A stretch of 64,000 bases of DNA from Candidatus Woesearchaeota archaeon (GCA_964490795.1 CAZBDY010000001.1:24806-88805), one strand, 5' to 3'; counted from the stretch's first letter, positions 51,282 through 60,523 are shown. The notes: a model not told the origin generated them from the letters alone. Program-made: numbers and translations.

Positions 51282-52454
51282 ATGAAGGAGTTCACACTGC
51301 CAGATTATAATGGAGGAAGTATAGTTAATTTAATGAGTTCTATTGCTAATTCTTTTGGAACAAAAACAATATATCGTCCTCTTAAAATTCTTCCTCCTGA
51401 AAAACTTAAAGACAAGAAGAATATAGCACTTTTGATTATAGATGGAATGGGTTATGAATATCTTAAGAAAAAAGAAAAGATGACTATACTTAATGATTAT
51501 CTTGCTGGTTCAATGACCTCTGTTTTTTTACCTACTACTGCTTCAGCAATAACAACCTTTCTTACAGGTGTTGCTCCACAACAACACGCATTTACTGGAT
51601 GGTATATGTTGCTTAAAGAAATTGGAGTGGTTTCAACAATATTGCCCTTTTCTCCAAGAGTTGGTGGAGATGCTTTTAGTAGTCAAGGAATTGAAGTGAA
51701 AGATGTGTTAAACCAAAAAGCATTTACTAGCAAGATAAAAGCGAGCAATTTTTCAATAAAGCATAAAAAAATTGCCTATTCAGATTTTTCAAAAGAGATG
51801 TCAAAAAATTCAAAGATTCTTCCTTATGGAACTTTGAATGGATTTTTTATGCAAATCAAGAAAGCTATAACTTCCAACAACAGGCGAAAATATATCTATG
51901 CCTACTGGCCTGAATTAGATTCCCTAAATCATAAACATGGTGTTGAACATAAAAAAGCAGAGAAACATTTTAAACAAATAGACAAAAAATTGAGAAGTTT
52001 CATTAAAAGTCTAAAAGGAACAAACACTCTTTTGATAATAACAGCAGACCACGGATTTACAAACACTCCTGTTGAGAGAATTATCAAATTAGAAGAACAT
52101 CCAAAAATGAAAGAGTGTTTAACACTGCCTCTTTGCGGAGAGGGAAGAGTTGCTTATTGTTATGTTCATCCTGAAAAAACTAATCAATTTGAGAATTATG
52201 TTAAGAAAAAGTTGGGTAAATATTGTCTTCTTTTCAAAAGTCAAGAATTGATAAAGAAAAATTATTTTGGATTAAAAGAACCAAATCCAAAACTTTTTGA
52301 TAGAATAGGAGATTATATTCTTGTGTTTAAAGAAAATTATATAATCAAAGATAAGATTAAAAAATACAAGAAAAAGAAAAAACCTAATATTGGACATCAC
52401 GGAGGAGTTAGTAGAAATGAAATGATTGTTCCTTTAGTCCTTATAGATTGTTAA
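51282..52454 (+). CDS. Alkaline phosphatase superfamily (nucleotide pyrophosphatase/phosphodiesterase)
   Basis: IIDGMG, SVFLPTTA, DSLNH, TADHG, GHHGG. Confidence 0.88.
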   Translation: MKEFTLPDYNGGSIVNLMSSIANSFGTKTIYRPLKILPPEKLKDKKNIALLIIDGMGYEYLKKKEKMTILNDYLAGSMTSVFLPTTASAITTFLTGVAPQQHAFTGWYMLLKEIGVVSTILPFSPRVGGDAFSSQGIEVKDVLNQKAFTSKIKASNFSIKHKKIAYSDFSKEMSKNSKILPYGTLNGFFMQIKKAITSNNRRKYIYAYWPELDSLNHKHGVEHKKAEKHFKQIDKKLRSFIKSLKGTNTLLIITADHGFTNTPVERIIKLEEHPKMKECLTLPLCGEGRVAYCYVHPEKTNQFENYVKKKLGKYCLLFKSQELIKKNYFGLKEPNPKLFDRIGDYILVFKENYIIKDKIKKYKKKKKPNIGHHGGVSRNEMIVPLVLIDC

Positions 52455-52633
52455 AAATCCCCATTTTCTTTTTTAGAAAGAAAGAAACAAAAAAGCACAC
52501 CTCAAATTTTATGGGATGGCTATTTGCCCGCGACCCGCTCTTTCTAATTGATAAAAAGTTACTGAAAAAGCAAATCACTCGACCCACCAAAAACTAAGAG
52601 AGATTTTAGAAATATTATATGCTCTTTTTCAAA

Positions 52634-53035
52634 TTAGATTAATAATAAAAATTTTTCTGGACTAATAATCTTTATCATATCATAAGCTTTTAATTTTAAT
52701 AAGTGTTTATCTTGGCTTATAATAAAATCTGCTTTCCCACTTATTCCTGCTTCAAGAAATTTATTATCATTAGGATCATTTTTTATAATACTAAGTTTTA
52801 TTGTAGGTTCAACAATAATAGAATTTTTAATTATCAATCTTCTCCATTCTTCTATCATATTCCCAGGCATTTGAATTTTGAAATTTTTTAATGTTTTTAC
52901 AAACTCTTCTAGAATCTCTATAGAACTAACTAATTCAAAATCCTTATTTTTCCATTTATTTATTATTTTGGAACAAAAATTTCCTTCCCAGAAAATTCCA
53001 GAGACAAAAACATTCGTATCAAGGACAACCCTCAT
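52634..53035 (-). CDS. PIN-domain toxin (VapC-like)
   Basis: VVLDTNVFVS, DPNDNKFLE, SQDKHLL. Confidence 0.92.
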   Translation of the reverse strand: MRVVLDTNVFVSGIFWEGNFCSKIINKWKNKDFELVSSIEILEEFVKTLKNFKIQMPGNMIEEWRRLIIKNSIIVEPTIKLSIIKNDPNDNKFLEAGISGKADFIISQDKHLLKLKAYDMIKIISPEKFLLLI

Positions 53036-53292
53036 TTTATTCTGCTTTGTTTAATTGCTTTTTCTACATCAGAATCTTTTATTCCCTTATTTTTAGCAAA
53101 ATCTCTTGTTTTTTTGAGTAGTTTATCTATTCCGCTAAAAGAAGGCATCTCTAGTTTTTTCAATATAATTGTATTATTTTCTCCAATAACAACAAATTTT
53201 TCCCCAGTGTGAATTCTCATTTTGTCTCTCAAATTTTGAGGAATAACTACTTGCCCTCTTGAACTTACACTTGTTATTTCAACATTTTCCAT
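53032..53292 (-). CDS. AbrB-family antitoxin
   Basis: VSSRGQVVIP; GGAGG RBS. Confidence 0.9.
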   Translation of the reverse strand: MENVEITSVSSRGQVVIPQNLRDKMRIHTGEKFVVIGENNTIILKKLEMPSFSGIDKLLKKTRDFAKNKGIKDSDVEKAIKQSRIK

Positions 53293-53497
53293 TTTAACCT
53301 CCCAATAAGTTTATGTTATTAGTAAGATTATCTTATTTATAAACCTTTCGAAATCCCCCTTTTCTTTAAAAAAAGCACACTTCACTCTAATAAATAACCC
53401 GAAAGAATATTATTTCAGATTAATAAAAATATCATTCAAAAATTCAAACTAACAAGAATAACAACAAACTTAAATATTACTATTTTATATTTATATT

Positions 53498-54304
53498 ATG
53501 AACCTAATAGACATCCACTCACATCTAGATCATAGCAAATTTAAATCAGACTTAGATAAAGTTATTGAAAGAGCAAAAAAACAAGGAGTAAAAAAAATAA
53601 TAACTTCAGGAGTAAATTCTTCAACAAACAGATTAATTTTAGAAATTCAGAAAAAATATCCTGAAATAATTGAATGTTCTTTTGGAATCTACCCCCTAGA
53701 TGCTTTAGCTTCTGAAATGAATCAAGGAGAATCTTCTGGCTTTGTAAGAGATATTGAAAAATTTGATTTAAATAAAGAACTAAAATGGATAGAAAAAAAT
53801 AAAGATAAATGTTTGGCAATAGGAGAAGCAGGATTAGATTATAAGTTTACTAAACAAGAAAAATTAAAACAAGAACAAAAAAAGATATTTGAAAAAGTTA
53901 TTAAGTTAACAGAGAAAATAAACAAACCAGTAATAGTACATACAAGAAAAGCTGAACTTGATTCAGTAGAAATGTTAGAAAAATCAAAAATAAAAAACAT
54001 AATTCTACATTGTTTTAATGGAAGAAAACATTTAATTAAAAGAGCAGTTGAAAATAAGTGGTATTTATCAATACCTCCAATTATAACAAGGCTTCAACAT
54101 TTTCAAATGCTAGCTGAAATAGTACCTTTGACTCAGATTTTAACAGAAACAGATTCTCCATATTTATCACCAGTTTCAGGAGAAAGAAATGAATCTTCCA
54201 ATGTAAAAACCACAATAAAGGAAATAGCAAAAATAAAAAACCTTTCTGAGGAAAAAACAGCAGAACAAATATATAAAAATTTTAAAAACATATTTTTAAA
54301 ATGA
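53498..54304 (+). CDS. tatD: TatD family hydrolase
   Basis: DIHSHL, IGEAGLDY, HTRKAE, LHCF, ETDSPY. Confidence 0.95.
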   Translation: MNLIDIHSHLDHSKFKSDLDKVIERAKKQGVKKIITSGVNSSTNRLILEIQKKYPEIIECSFGIYPLDALASEMNQGESSGFVRDIEKFDLNKELKWIEKNKDKCLAIGEAGLDYKFTKQEKLKQEQKKIFEKVIKLTEKINKPVIVHTRKAELDSVEMLEKSKIKNIILHCFNGRKHLIKRAVENKWYLSIPPIITRLQHFQMLAEIVPLTQILTETDSPYLSPVSGERNESSNVKTTIKEIAKIKNLSEEKTAEQIYKNFKNIFLK

Positions 54305-54855
54305 AATCAAAAAAAATACAAGAAATAAAACAAAACATATCTTCTTTATTAAGTAATATCTCAGATAATATTGATTCTTTGTATGAGATAGCTACAAAAG
54401 ATGAAAAAACAAAAATTTATAATTATAAATTTTTTTCAGAATTATTTAGCATAGAATTTGAAAAAGCAAAAAGAGGACAAAAACTTTCACTTGCAATATT
54501 TGATATAGATTATTTTAAAAAAATAAATTCAAAATATGGACATATTAAGGCAGATGATTTTTTAGTAAAAATAGCAAAAATAATTCAAAATAGCATAAGA
54601 AAATCAGATATTTTAGCAAGATTTGGAGGAGAAGAATTTATTTTATTATTGCCTCTGACTTCAAAAACAAAAGCTAAAAAAACAGCTGAAAGAATAAGAA
54701 GACAAATTGAAAAAAATTTTAAAAAATACAACATAACAATTTCTGGAGGGATTTCACAATACAAGAAAAAAGACACTAAATCTAATTTTAAGAAAAGAGC
54801 TGATAAAGCATTATATAAAGCAAAAAAAGTGAGGAACAAAATGGTTTGCTTATAG
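54301..54855 (+). CDS. GGDEF domain protein (diguanylate cyclase-like)
   Basis: DIDYFKKIN..YGH, RKSD I-site, ARFGGEEF, ADKALYKAK. Confidence 0.93.
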   Translation: MKSKKIQEIKQNISSLLSNISDNIDSLYEIATKDEKTKIYNYKFFSELFSIEFEKAKRGQKLSLAIFDIDYFKKINSKYGHIKADDFLVKIAKIIQNSIRKSDILARFGGEEFILLLPLTSKTKAKKTAERIRRQIEKNFKKYNITISGGISQYKKKDTKSNFKKRADKALYKAKKVRNKMVCL

Positions 54856-54860
54856 TTAAA

Positions 54861-55376
54861 ATGAATTTAATTAATGAAATAAAATCTGGAAAAGTTTTCA
54901 TATATCCTACGGATACAGTATACGGGTTAGGGTGCAATGCATTAAATAAGAAAGCAGTAGAAAAAATCAAAAATATTAAAAAAAGAAATAAAAATAAACC
55001 TCTTTCTATAATATCTCCAGATTATAAATGGATAGAAAGAAAGTGTATCATTAATTTGGATTTAAAAAAATATCTTCCTGGGCCATATACCCTTATTTTA
55101 AAAAAGAGAGATAAAAATTTTCTTAAACATATATCTAAAACAGAATTTTTAGGAATTAGGATTCCTGACAATGAGTTTAGTTATAAAGTCCAAAAATCAG
55201 GAGTCCCTTTTGTAACAACCTCAGTTAATAAGTCAGGAGAGAAGCCTGCATCTCAAATAAAGGAAATTCCTGAAGAAATAAAAAGCCAAGCAGATATTAT
55301 CATAGATAAAGGAAAGTTGTCTGGAAAACCCTCTACCTTGATTATGGGAGAGGAAAAAATAAAAAGAGACAGATAA
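54861..55376 (+). CDS. tsaC: L-threonylcarbamoyladenylate synthase (TsaC/YrdC)
   Basis: YPTDTVYGLGC, KKR..NKPL, PGPYT, TTSVN.SG. Confidence 0.93.
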   Translation: MNLINEIKSGKVFIYPTDTVYGLGCNALNKKAVEKIKNIKKRNKNKPLSIISPDYKWIERKCIINLDLKKYLPGPYTLILKKRDKNFLKHISKTEFLGIRIPDNEFSYKVQKSGVPFVTTSVNKSGEKPASQIKEIPEEIKSQADIIIDKGKLSGKPSTLIMGEEKIKRDR

Positions 55377-55383
55377 AAATCAA

Positions 55384-55761
55384 CTAAGAAAAATAAAATT
55401 CTTCATTTAAATCATCACTATGAGCTATTAAATCAGTTGCTGTGATTATTCCTATTAATTCACTTTTCTTCATAACTGGTAGTCTTTTTATTTTATTTTT
55501 AGACATAATAAAAGCAGCATCATCTATACTTTGATTGTGTTCAATTGATTCAACTGTTTTTGACATAACTTTGGAAACACTTTTGTTTGAATTTGAAAAA
55601 TTTTTCATAATATCTCTTTCTGTAATTATTCCTGAAATTTTCTTTCCTTTAATAACAATTAAACTTCCTATATTTTCATCAGACATTATTTTAGCTACCT
55701 GTTTTAAAGAAATATTATCTTTTACAACCTTCACCTTACTCATTATTTCAGAAACTTTCAT
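55384..55761 (-). CDS. CBS domain pair protein
   Basis: GIITERD, KRLPV, GIITATD. Confidence 0.92.
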   Translation of the reverse strand: MKVSEIMSKVKVVKDNISLKQVAKIMSDENIGSLIVIKGKKISGIITERDIMKNFSNSNKSVSKVMSKTVESIEHNQSIDDAAFIMSKNKIKRLPVMKKSELIGIITATDLIAHSDDLNEEFYFS

Positions 55762-55771
55762 TTGATATAAA

Positions 55772-56068
55772 TTACTTATTTAATTTGTTATAGATTAAAG
55801 CAAATATTAAGGAAATGAAAAAAACATCAATTCCAGAATATATTCCAGCTAAAATTATTCCAATAATAGACAGAGATGCTCCAAAAAATCCATAAATACT
55901 TAAGATTATCCTTCCTGCTAAAACAGCATATCCAAACTTGGTAAAAATCAGAGTTATTATCACACATAACGAAGTCACTATCCCCCAAGCTAAACCAAAA
56001 TTAACTGAATTTAATTTTAGATATTTTTCTGTTTTTTGGCTCCTCTTTTTTATCTCTTTTTTCTTCAT
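55772..56068 (-). CDS. Small membrane protein
   Basis: FGLAWG...ALIYNKL. Confidence 0.65.
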   Translation of the reverse strand: MKKKEIKKRSQKTEKYLKLNSVNFGLAWGIVTSLCVIITLIFTKFGYAVLAGRIILSIYGFFGASLSIIGIILAGIYSGIDVFFISLIFALIYNKLNK

Positions 56069-56101
56069 GTTAAATTTAATATTTTTTTATTTATAAATCT
56101 A

Positions 56102-56181
56102 CGCCCCAACCAGGAATCGAACCTGGACGCCCAAAGGGCCAAGCACTCCAAGCTTGTGCAATACCATTATGCGATTGGGGC
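56102..56181 (-). tRNA. tRNA-Ser(GGA)
   Basis: GCCCCAA/TTGGGGC acceptor, CAAGC-TTGGAGT-GCTTG anticodon arm, GCCC-TTT-GGGC variable arm, G discriminator. Confidence 0.95.
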
Positions 56182-56212
56182 TTTAAATTGTTAGAAAAAG
56201 TTAATTTTTAAA

Positions 56213-56884
56213 TTATTTGGTTAAGAAACTTTCTAAATCTTGCCAAATTTTATCAGTAACTTCTGTTTTAGATAATCTTTTTCCTGTTTCATGATTCACA
56301 CAATCAATTAAAAGCCAGTCATTTTTTGATTTACACAACCAAGAAAAAGTTTCCATAACTCTTTCCTGATAATCTTCATTTGATTCATGCCCATCTTGTT
56401 TTCTTTCTTCTCTATCCATAGCTTTAACAGACTCAGTTCTAGGAACCCATAATCCATAAGTTCTATCTGGCATTGCAACTCCTAATCTTTTTTCAAAATC
56501 TATATTCCACTTAACAAAATCTTCTCTTTCTTCTGGAGGAAGTTTAGCTGCCTGATGAATCCAGTTACTTCCAATATATCTATCACATAAAATGTTTGTT
56601 CCAGAAATTAAATGATATCCTATTAATGATGCTTTCTCTTCTCTATTCCAGGCATAAGGTGCTGCTGATTGTTTTGGTGGAAGTTTAGCTGGATCTCCAA
56701 ATTCTCCATTTAAATAAGCTCTTATCATTTTTCCTGTAGTAGTAGTATAATCAGGAAAACTAAAACTAAATATTTTTATTCCAGAACTTTTTGCTCTTTC
56801 TAATAATCTTTTTGTTTGAGTTGCTTTTCCTGCACCATCACTTCCCTCTATTGATATTATTTTGCCTCTTTTTGCCATTTTCAC
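56213..56884 (-). CDS. tmk: Thymidylate kinase
   Basis: EGSDGAGKATQ, FPDY, CDRY. Confidence 0.92.
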   Translation of the reverse strand: MKMAKRGKIISIEGSDGAGKATQTKRLLERAKSSGIKIFSFSFPDYTTTTGKMIRAYLNGEFGDPAKLPPKQSAAPYAWNREEKASLIGYHLISGTNILCDRYIGSNWIHQAAKLPPEEREDFVKWNIDFEKRLGVAMPDRTYGLWVPRTESVKAMDREERKQDGHESNEDYQERVMETFSWLCKSKNDWLLIDCVNHETGKRLSKTEVTDKIWQDLESFLTK

Positions 56885-57723
56885 TCTTCAACATTATAAG
56901 CCTTTCCTTCTTCTGCTTCTTGTTTTAATCTTGCTCTTCCTGACTCAAATAAAGCTTGAACCATTTCAGAATCAGAATTCCATGTTCTTTCTTCAAAACT
57001 TCTTTGTTTTAAAGTTTTAAGAAAACCCTTAAAATTATTAAAATAACTTCCATAAATATGGTAAGAATCAGCAATATGAATATATTGTCCTGGTTTTATT
57101 TCTCTTCCTTTTCTTTTTGAAACCTCTTCTGCCACATATCTTTGAATATCTGTAAATGCCCACATATTCATAAAAGCAGCTTTAAAAGCATCATTACTTC
57201 TCATATGCATATTTAATCTTAATTCATCTCCAAAAATTCTAAACCACATTCTTTGTAAACAAGCAGGATCATCAACAGTTGGGTCAACATCAGGTTTCCA
57301 TGTAATTGCTTGTGCTCTTCTTGTGTGAGGGGCTTCAGATAATTTTGGGATAACTTGTTCATTAATCTGGTCAATTAATTTAACTTTTCCTGTTTTATCC
57401 CTAACATCATATTCAAATAATCTTTGATGGTAAGTATAACTCCATTTTCCCTCTTCTGGATTTACCCATGAATCATGAACACCATTTGTTACTTCTTGTC
57501 TATAAACTTCTAAATCTTCTAAACCTCCAGGAAAAGCCTTATGAATTCTTGGTTCTTGAAAAGGATTTGCAACAACAATAGTGGCTGTGACATCTCTTGA
57601 TTTAGGGTCTTCTGGTTTATCATATTCGGTTTTAATTCTATCCCCTTCCTCCCATGTTTTTACTACTGATTTTTCCCATGCTTCTGGCAAAGTTTTAGCA
57701 TCAACATATATATTTGAAGTCAT
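56881..57723 (-). CDS. thyA: Thymidylate synthase (ThyA fold, archaeal type)
   Basis: YTYHQRL, TRRA, PACLQ, MRSND, N, SYHIY; coupled to tmk. Confidence 0.88.
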   Translation of the reverse strand: MTSNIYVDAKTLPEAWEKSVVKTWEEGDRIKTEYDKPEDPKSRDVTATIVVANPFQEPRIHKAFPGGLEDLEVYRQEVTNGVHDSWVNPEEGKWSYTYHQRLFEYDVRDKTGKVKLIDQINEQVIPKLSEAPHTRRAQAITWKPDVDPTVDDPACLQRMWFRIFGDELRLNMHMRSNDAFKAAFMNMWAFTDIQRYVAEEVSKRKGREIKPGQYIHIADSYHIYGSYFNNFKGFLKTLKQRSFEERTWNSDSEMVQALFESGRARLKQEAEEGKAYNVEE

Positions 57724-57782
57724 AGCATAGAATGAAAAATGTTTTTTATAAATAAATAGGTAATAAAAAATATATTTTCAAG

Positions 57783-58091
57783 TTAAACTTTAGTTTCAAT
57801 TTTAATTGAAACACTTCTTGGAATAGAAATTCTCATAATAGAATGAAGAACCTTATCATTAGCAGGCAAATCAATAACTCTTTTATGAATTCTCATCTCA
57901 TACCTATCAAAAGTAGCAGTACCATCACCACAAGGAGATTTTCTTGTAGTAACTTTTAATCTTTTAGTTGGAAGAGGGGTAGGCCCTGAAATAACAACCC
58001 CTGATTTGCCAGCTATCTCTTTAATTGTCTGGCATACACTATTTAAAGCTGTTATATCCACACTACTTAACTTAATTCTTACTCTTGCCAT
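57783..58091 (-). CDS. rpsJ: 30S ribosomal protein S10 (uS10)
   Basis: GPTPLPT, RKSPCGDG, MRIHKR. Confidence 0.97.
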   Translation of the reverse strand: MARVRIKLSSVDITALNSVCQTIKEIAGKSGVVISGPTPLPTKRLKVTTRKSPCGDGTATFDRYEMRIHKRVIDLPANDKVLHSIMRISIPRSVSIKIETKV

Positions 58092-58106
58092 AATATAAAT
58101 TAACAA

Positions 58107-58470
58107 TTAGTCCAGTTTAAAAAGCTTACTATTCATTTTTATACATGTATCTAAATCAGGAATTAGATTCATATTAATAGATTTTTTTGGTTCTATCCAT
58201 TTAAAATTTTTATGTTCTTTTTTATTTATTTTAATAGGTCTATTAATTAAAATCCCCAATATTTAAACCAGTTTCTTCATTTATTTCTCTTTTAATAGCT
58301 TTATGTAGATTTTCATTATTTTGAATTTTCCCAGCAGGCAAGCCCCAGGTATTTCCTTCTGGTTTTTTATCTTGTCTATGTAGTAGGAGAATTTTCTTTT
58401 GATTTTCACAAAAACTTGCAACAACCTCAAATACAGGATTAAAATTTTTTGGTTCTTCTTTTTTTATCAT
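58107..58470 (-). pseudogene. NUDIX hydrolase disrupted by internal deletion/frameshift
   Basis: Nudix box AGK...REINEETG then a stop; C-terminal KEHKNFKWIEP..MNLIPDL continues in another frame. Confidence 0.75.
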
Positions 58471-58511
58471 ATATAAAATAACTTTTTAAACTTTAAATTC
58501 ATTTTCTTTAT

Positions 58512-59225
58512 ATGAAATTAAGAATATTAATTTTCTGTTTAATATTAATTAATTTTCTTTTAATTGGTTATTTGATTTCTGAAAATGAAAATTATGAAAC
58601 AGCTTTAGTTTTAGAAATAATTGATGGAGACACTATTAAGACAGATATAGGCACAATTAGACTGTTAGGCATAAATTGTCCCGAAAAAAATAAATATTAT
58701 TATGAACAAAGCAAAAATTATCTTGAAAATCTACAAAATAAACAAATAAAATTATTTAAGACAAGTGAAAATAAAGACAGATATAACAGAAAATTAAGAT
58801 ATATATTTTTTCAGGGAAAAAATATTAATCTTGAAATAATAAAAAAAGGATTAGGACATACTTATTATTATGATAATGATAAATTTACATCTTCTTTAGA
58901 GTCAAGAGAAATAATAGCAAGACAACAAGAAAGAGGGATATGGAAATCAAGCAAAAACCAATGTAAAAATTGTATTAAACTTGTCAAATTAAATCACATA
59001 GATCCAGGAGAATATTTAATTTTAAAAAATTTTTGTAGATTTGATTGTAATTTATCTGGGTGGAATATAAAAGATGAGGCAAATCATTTTAAGATTTTAG
59101 ATTTTTCACTAAATCCAGGAGAACAATATCAAGTGAATTATTCTGGAAGAATCTGGAATGATGCTGGAGATAGCTTATTTTTACGTGATGAGAAAGGTTT
59201 ATTAGTTTTGTTTTATGAATATTAA
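58512..59225 (+). CDS. Thermonuclease (SNase) with C-terminal lamin-tail-like domain
   Basis: IIDGDT, IRLLGINCPE, DRYNRKLRY; LSGWNIKD, WNDAGD. Confidence 0.88.
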   Translation: MKLRILIFCLILINFLLIGYLISENENYETALVLEIIDGDTIKTDIGTIRLLGINCPEKNKYYYEQSKNYLENLQNKQIKLFKTSENKDRYNRKLRYIFFQGKNINLEIIKKGLGHTYYYDNDKFTSSLESREIIARQQERGIWKSSKNQCKNCIKLVKLNHIDPGEYLILKNFCRFDCNLSGWNIKDEANHFKILDFSLNPGEQYQVNYSGRIWNDAGDSLFLRDEKGLLVLFYEY

Positions 59226-59227
59226 TT

Positions 59228-59971
59228 ATGGAAATATTAACCCAAATATTACTTGCCTTTGTCCAAGCAGCAACCGAGTTTTTACCTATATCAAGTTCAG
59301 GGCATCTGGCTTTAATCTCAAATTTAATTTCAAAACCAGATTTATCTTTTATTATAACATTACATCTAGCTTCATTAATAGCAGTAATTATTTTTACAAG
59401 AAAAGAGATATATAAAATGATAACTTTTCAAAAAAAACATAGAAAATTATGGCTATATTTAATCATAGCAACAATTCCGGCAGGTTTAGTAGGAATTTTT
59501 CTTAGTGATTTTATAGAATCAACTTTTTCATCATATTTGTTTTTAGGAATATTTTTTATTTTTACCGGATTAGTTTTGATATTAACCAAATTAACTTATA
59601 CTTATTCTTTTCTTAATTCTAAAAACTCTCTGATTATAGGTTTATTTCAATCCTTAGCTTTATTCCCAGGAATTTCAAGAAGCGGGATGACAATTTCTTC
59701 TGGATTGTTTTCTGGAATAGAGAGAGAAACAGCAGTTAAATTTTCTTTCCTATTATTCATACCATTATCAATAGGGGCTTTTATCTTAAATCTGGCTAAA
59801 ACACAGGCTTATTTTTCTTTTTCATTAATAATCCCTTTTTTAGTAACTTTAATTTTCTCTATCTTATTTTTAAATTTATTATTAAAAATAGTTAAGAAAA
59901 ATTATTTTTGGCTTTTTTCTTTTTATTGTTTTTTAATTGGTTTAATTTCTCTAATTTTATACCTTAGATAA
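59228..59971 (+). CDS. uppP: Undecaprenyl/polyprenyl-diphosphate phosphatase
   Basis: TEFLPISSSGH, PGISRSG. Confidence 0.93.
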   Translation: MEILTQILLAFVQAATEFLPISSSGHLALISNLISKPDLSFIITLHLASLIAVIIFTRKEIYKMITFQKKHRKLWLYLIIATIPAGLVGIFLSDFIESTFSSYLFLGIFFIFTGLVLILTKLTYTYSFLNSKNSLIIGLFQSLALFPGISRSGMTISSGLFSGIERETAVKFSFLLFIPLSIGAFILNLAKTQAYFSFSLIIPFLVTLIFSILFLNLLLKIVKKNYFWLFSFYCFLIGLISLILYLR

Positions 59972-60045
59972 TCTTAAAAAAAGTAATTATTTTTTCTTTT
60001 TCTGATAGAAAAGTTTATAAACATATAGCAACTATATAACTTACT

Positions 60046-60279
60046 ATGGATACTACAATACAAATAAGTAAGGAGTTGTTAAAAAAATTACAATCCTTAA
60101 AAATTCATTCCAAAGAGAGCTATGAAGAATTAATCTGGGATTTAATAGATGATAGAATGGAATTAAGCAAAGAAACAAAAAGAGCAATAAAAGAATATGA
60201 AAACGATATAAAACAAGGAAATCTTAATAAATTTACAAATTTAGAAGATGTGAAAAAGGAGTTAAAATTAAATGCATAG
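60046..60279 (+). CDS. Antitoxin (RHH-like)
   Basis: TTIQIS...ESYEELI; overlaps the RelE gene. Confidence 0.8.
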   Translation: MDTTIQISKELLKKLQSLKIHSKESYEELIWDLIDDRMELSKETKRAIKEYENDIKQGNLNKFTNLEDVKKELKLNA

Positions 60280-60523
60280 TTTGTTTTTTTATAATAACGC
60301 AAAAAAGCAATTAAGCAAACTCCCCGATAATGTTCAAAAAAGAATGATTAATTCTTTAGAGAGAATAAAGATAAGGCCTTTTCATTTTATTAAAAGAAAA
60401 GAAGGAACCCCCTATTTTATATTAAGGATAGGAGAATACAGAATTATTTTAGATGTTAAAAGAGATAAAATGATAATAATTGTAATTGAGATAGGACACA
60501 GAAAAAATATCTATAAAAAGTAA
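60272..60523 (+). CDS. RelE/ParE-family toxin
   Basis: LRIGEYRII, IGHRKNIY. Confidence 0.9.
   Translation: MHSLFFYNNAKKQLSKLPDNVQKRMINSLERIKIRPFHFIKRKEGTPYFILRIGEYRIILDVKRDKMIIIVIEIGHRKNIYKK

Larger units (their letters stand above)
32825..53420 (+). mobile_element. Integron-like gene cassette array (right end approximate, degraded)
   Basis: Six GTT-N6-AAT cores, attC-like hairpins, R''/R' complementarity within each cassette, accessory cargo; housekeeping genes resume at tatD. Confidence 0.85.

Noticed and set aside
31931..53420. Provirus or conjugative element
   Set aside because: No capsid, packaging, replication or conjugation genes recognised, and no tRNA-derived att pair at the ends
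56881..57723. Phage-type dCMP hydroxymethylase or DNA hypermodification enzyme
   Set aside because: Retains the dUMP-specifying Asn, is coupled to tmk and lies among housekeeping genes
60046..60523. RelBE module as part of the cassette array
   Set aside because: Separated from the array by housekeeping genes, with no attC-like core or hairpin vocabulary nearby
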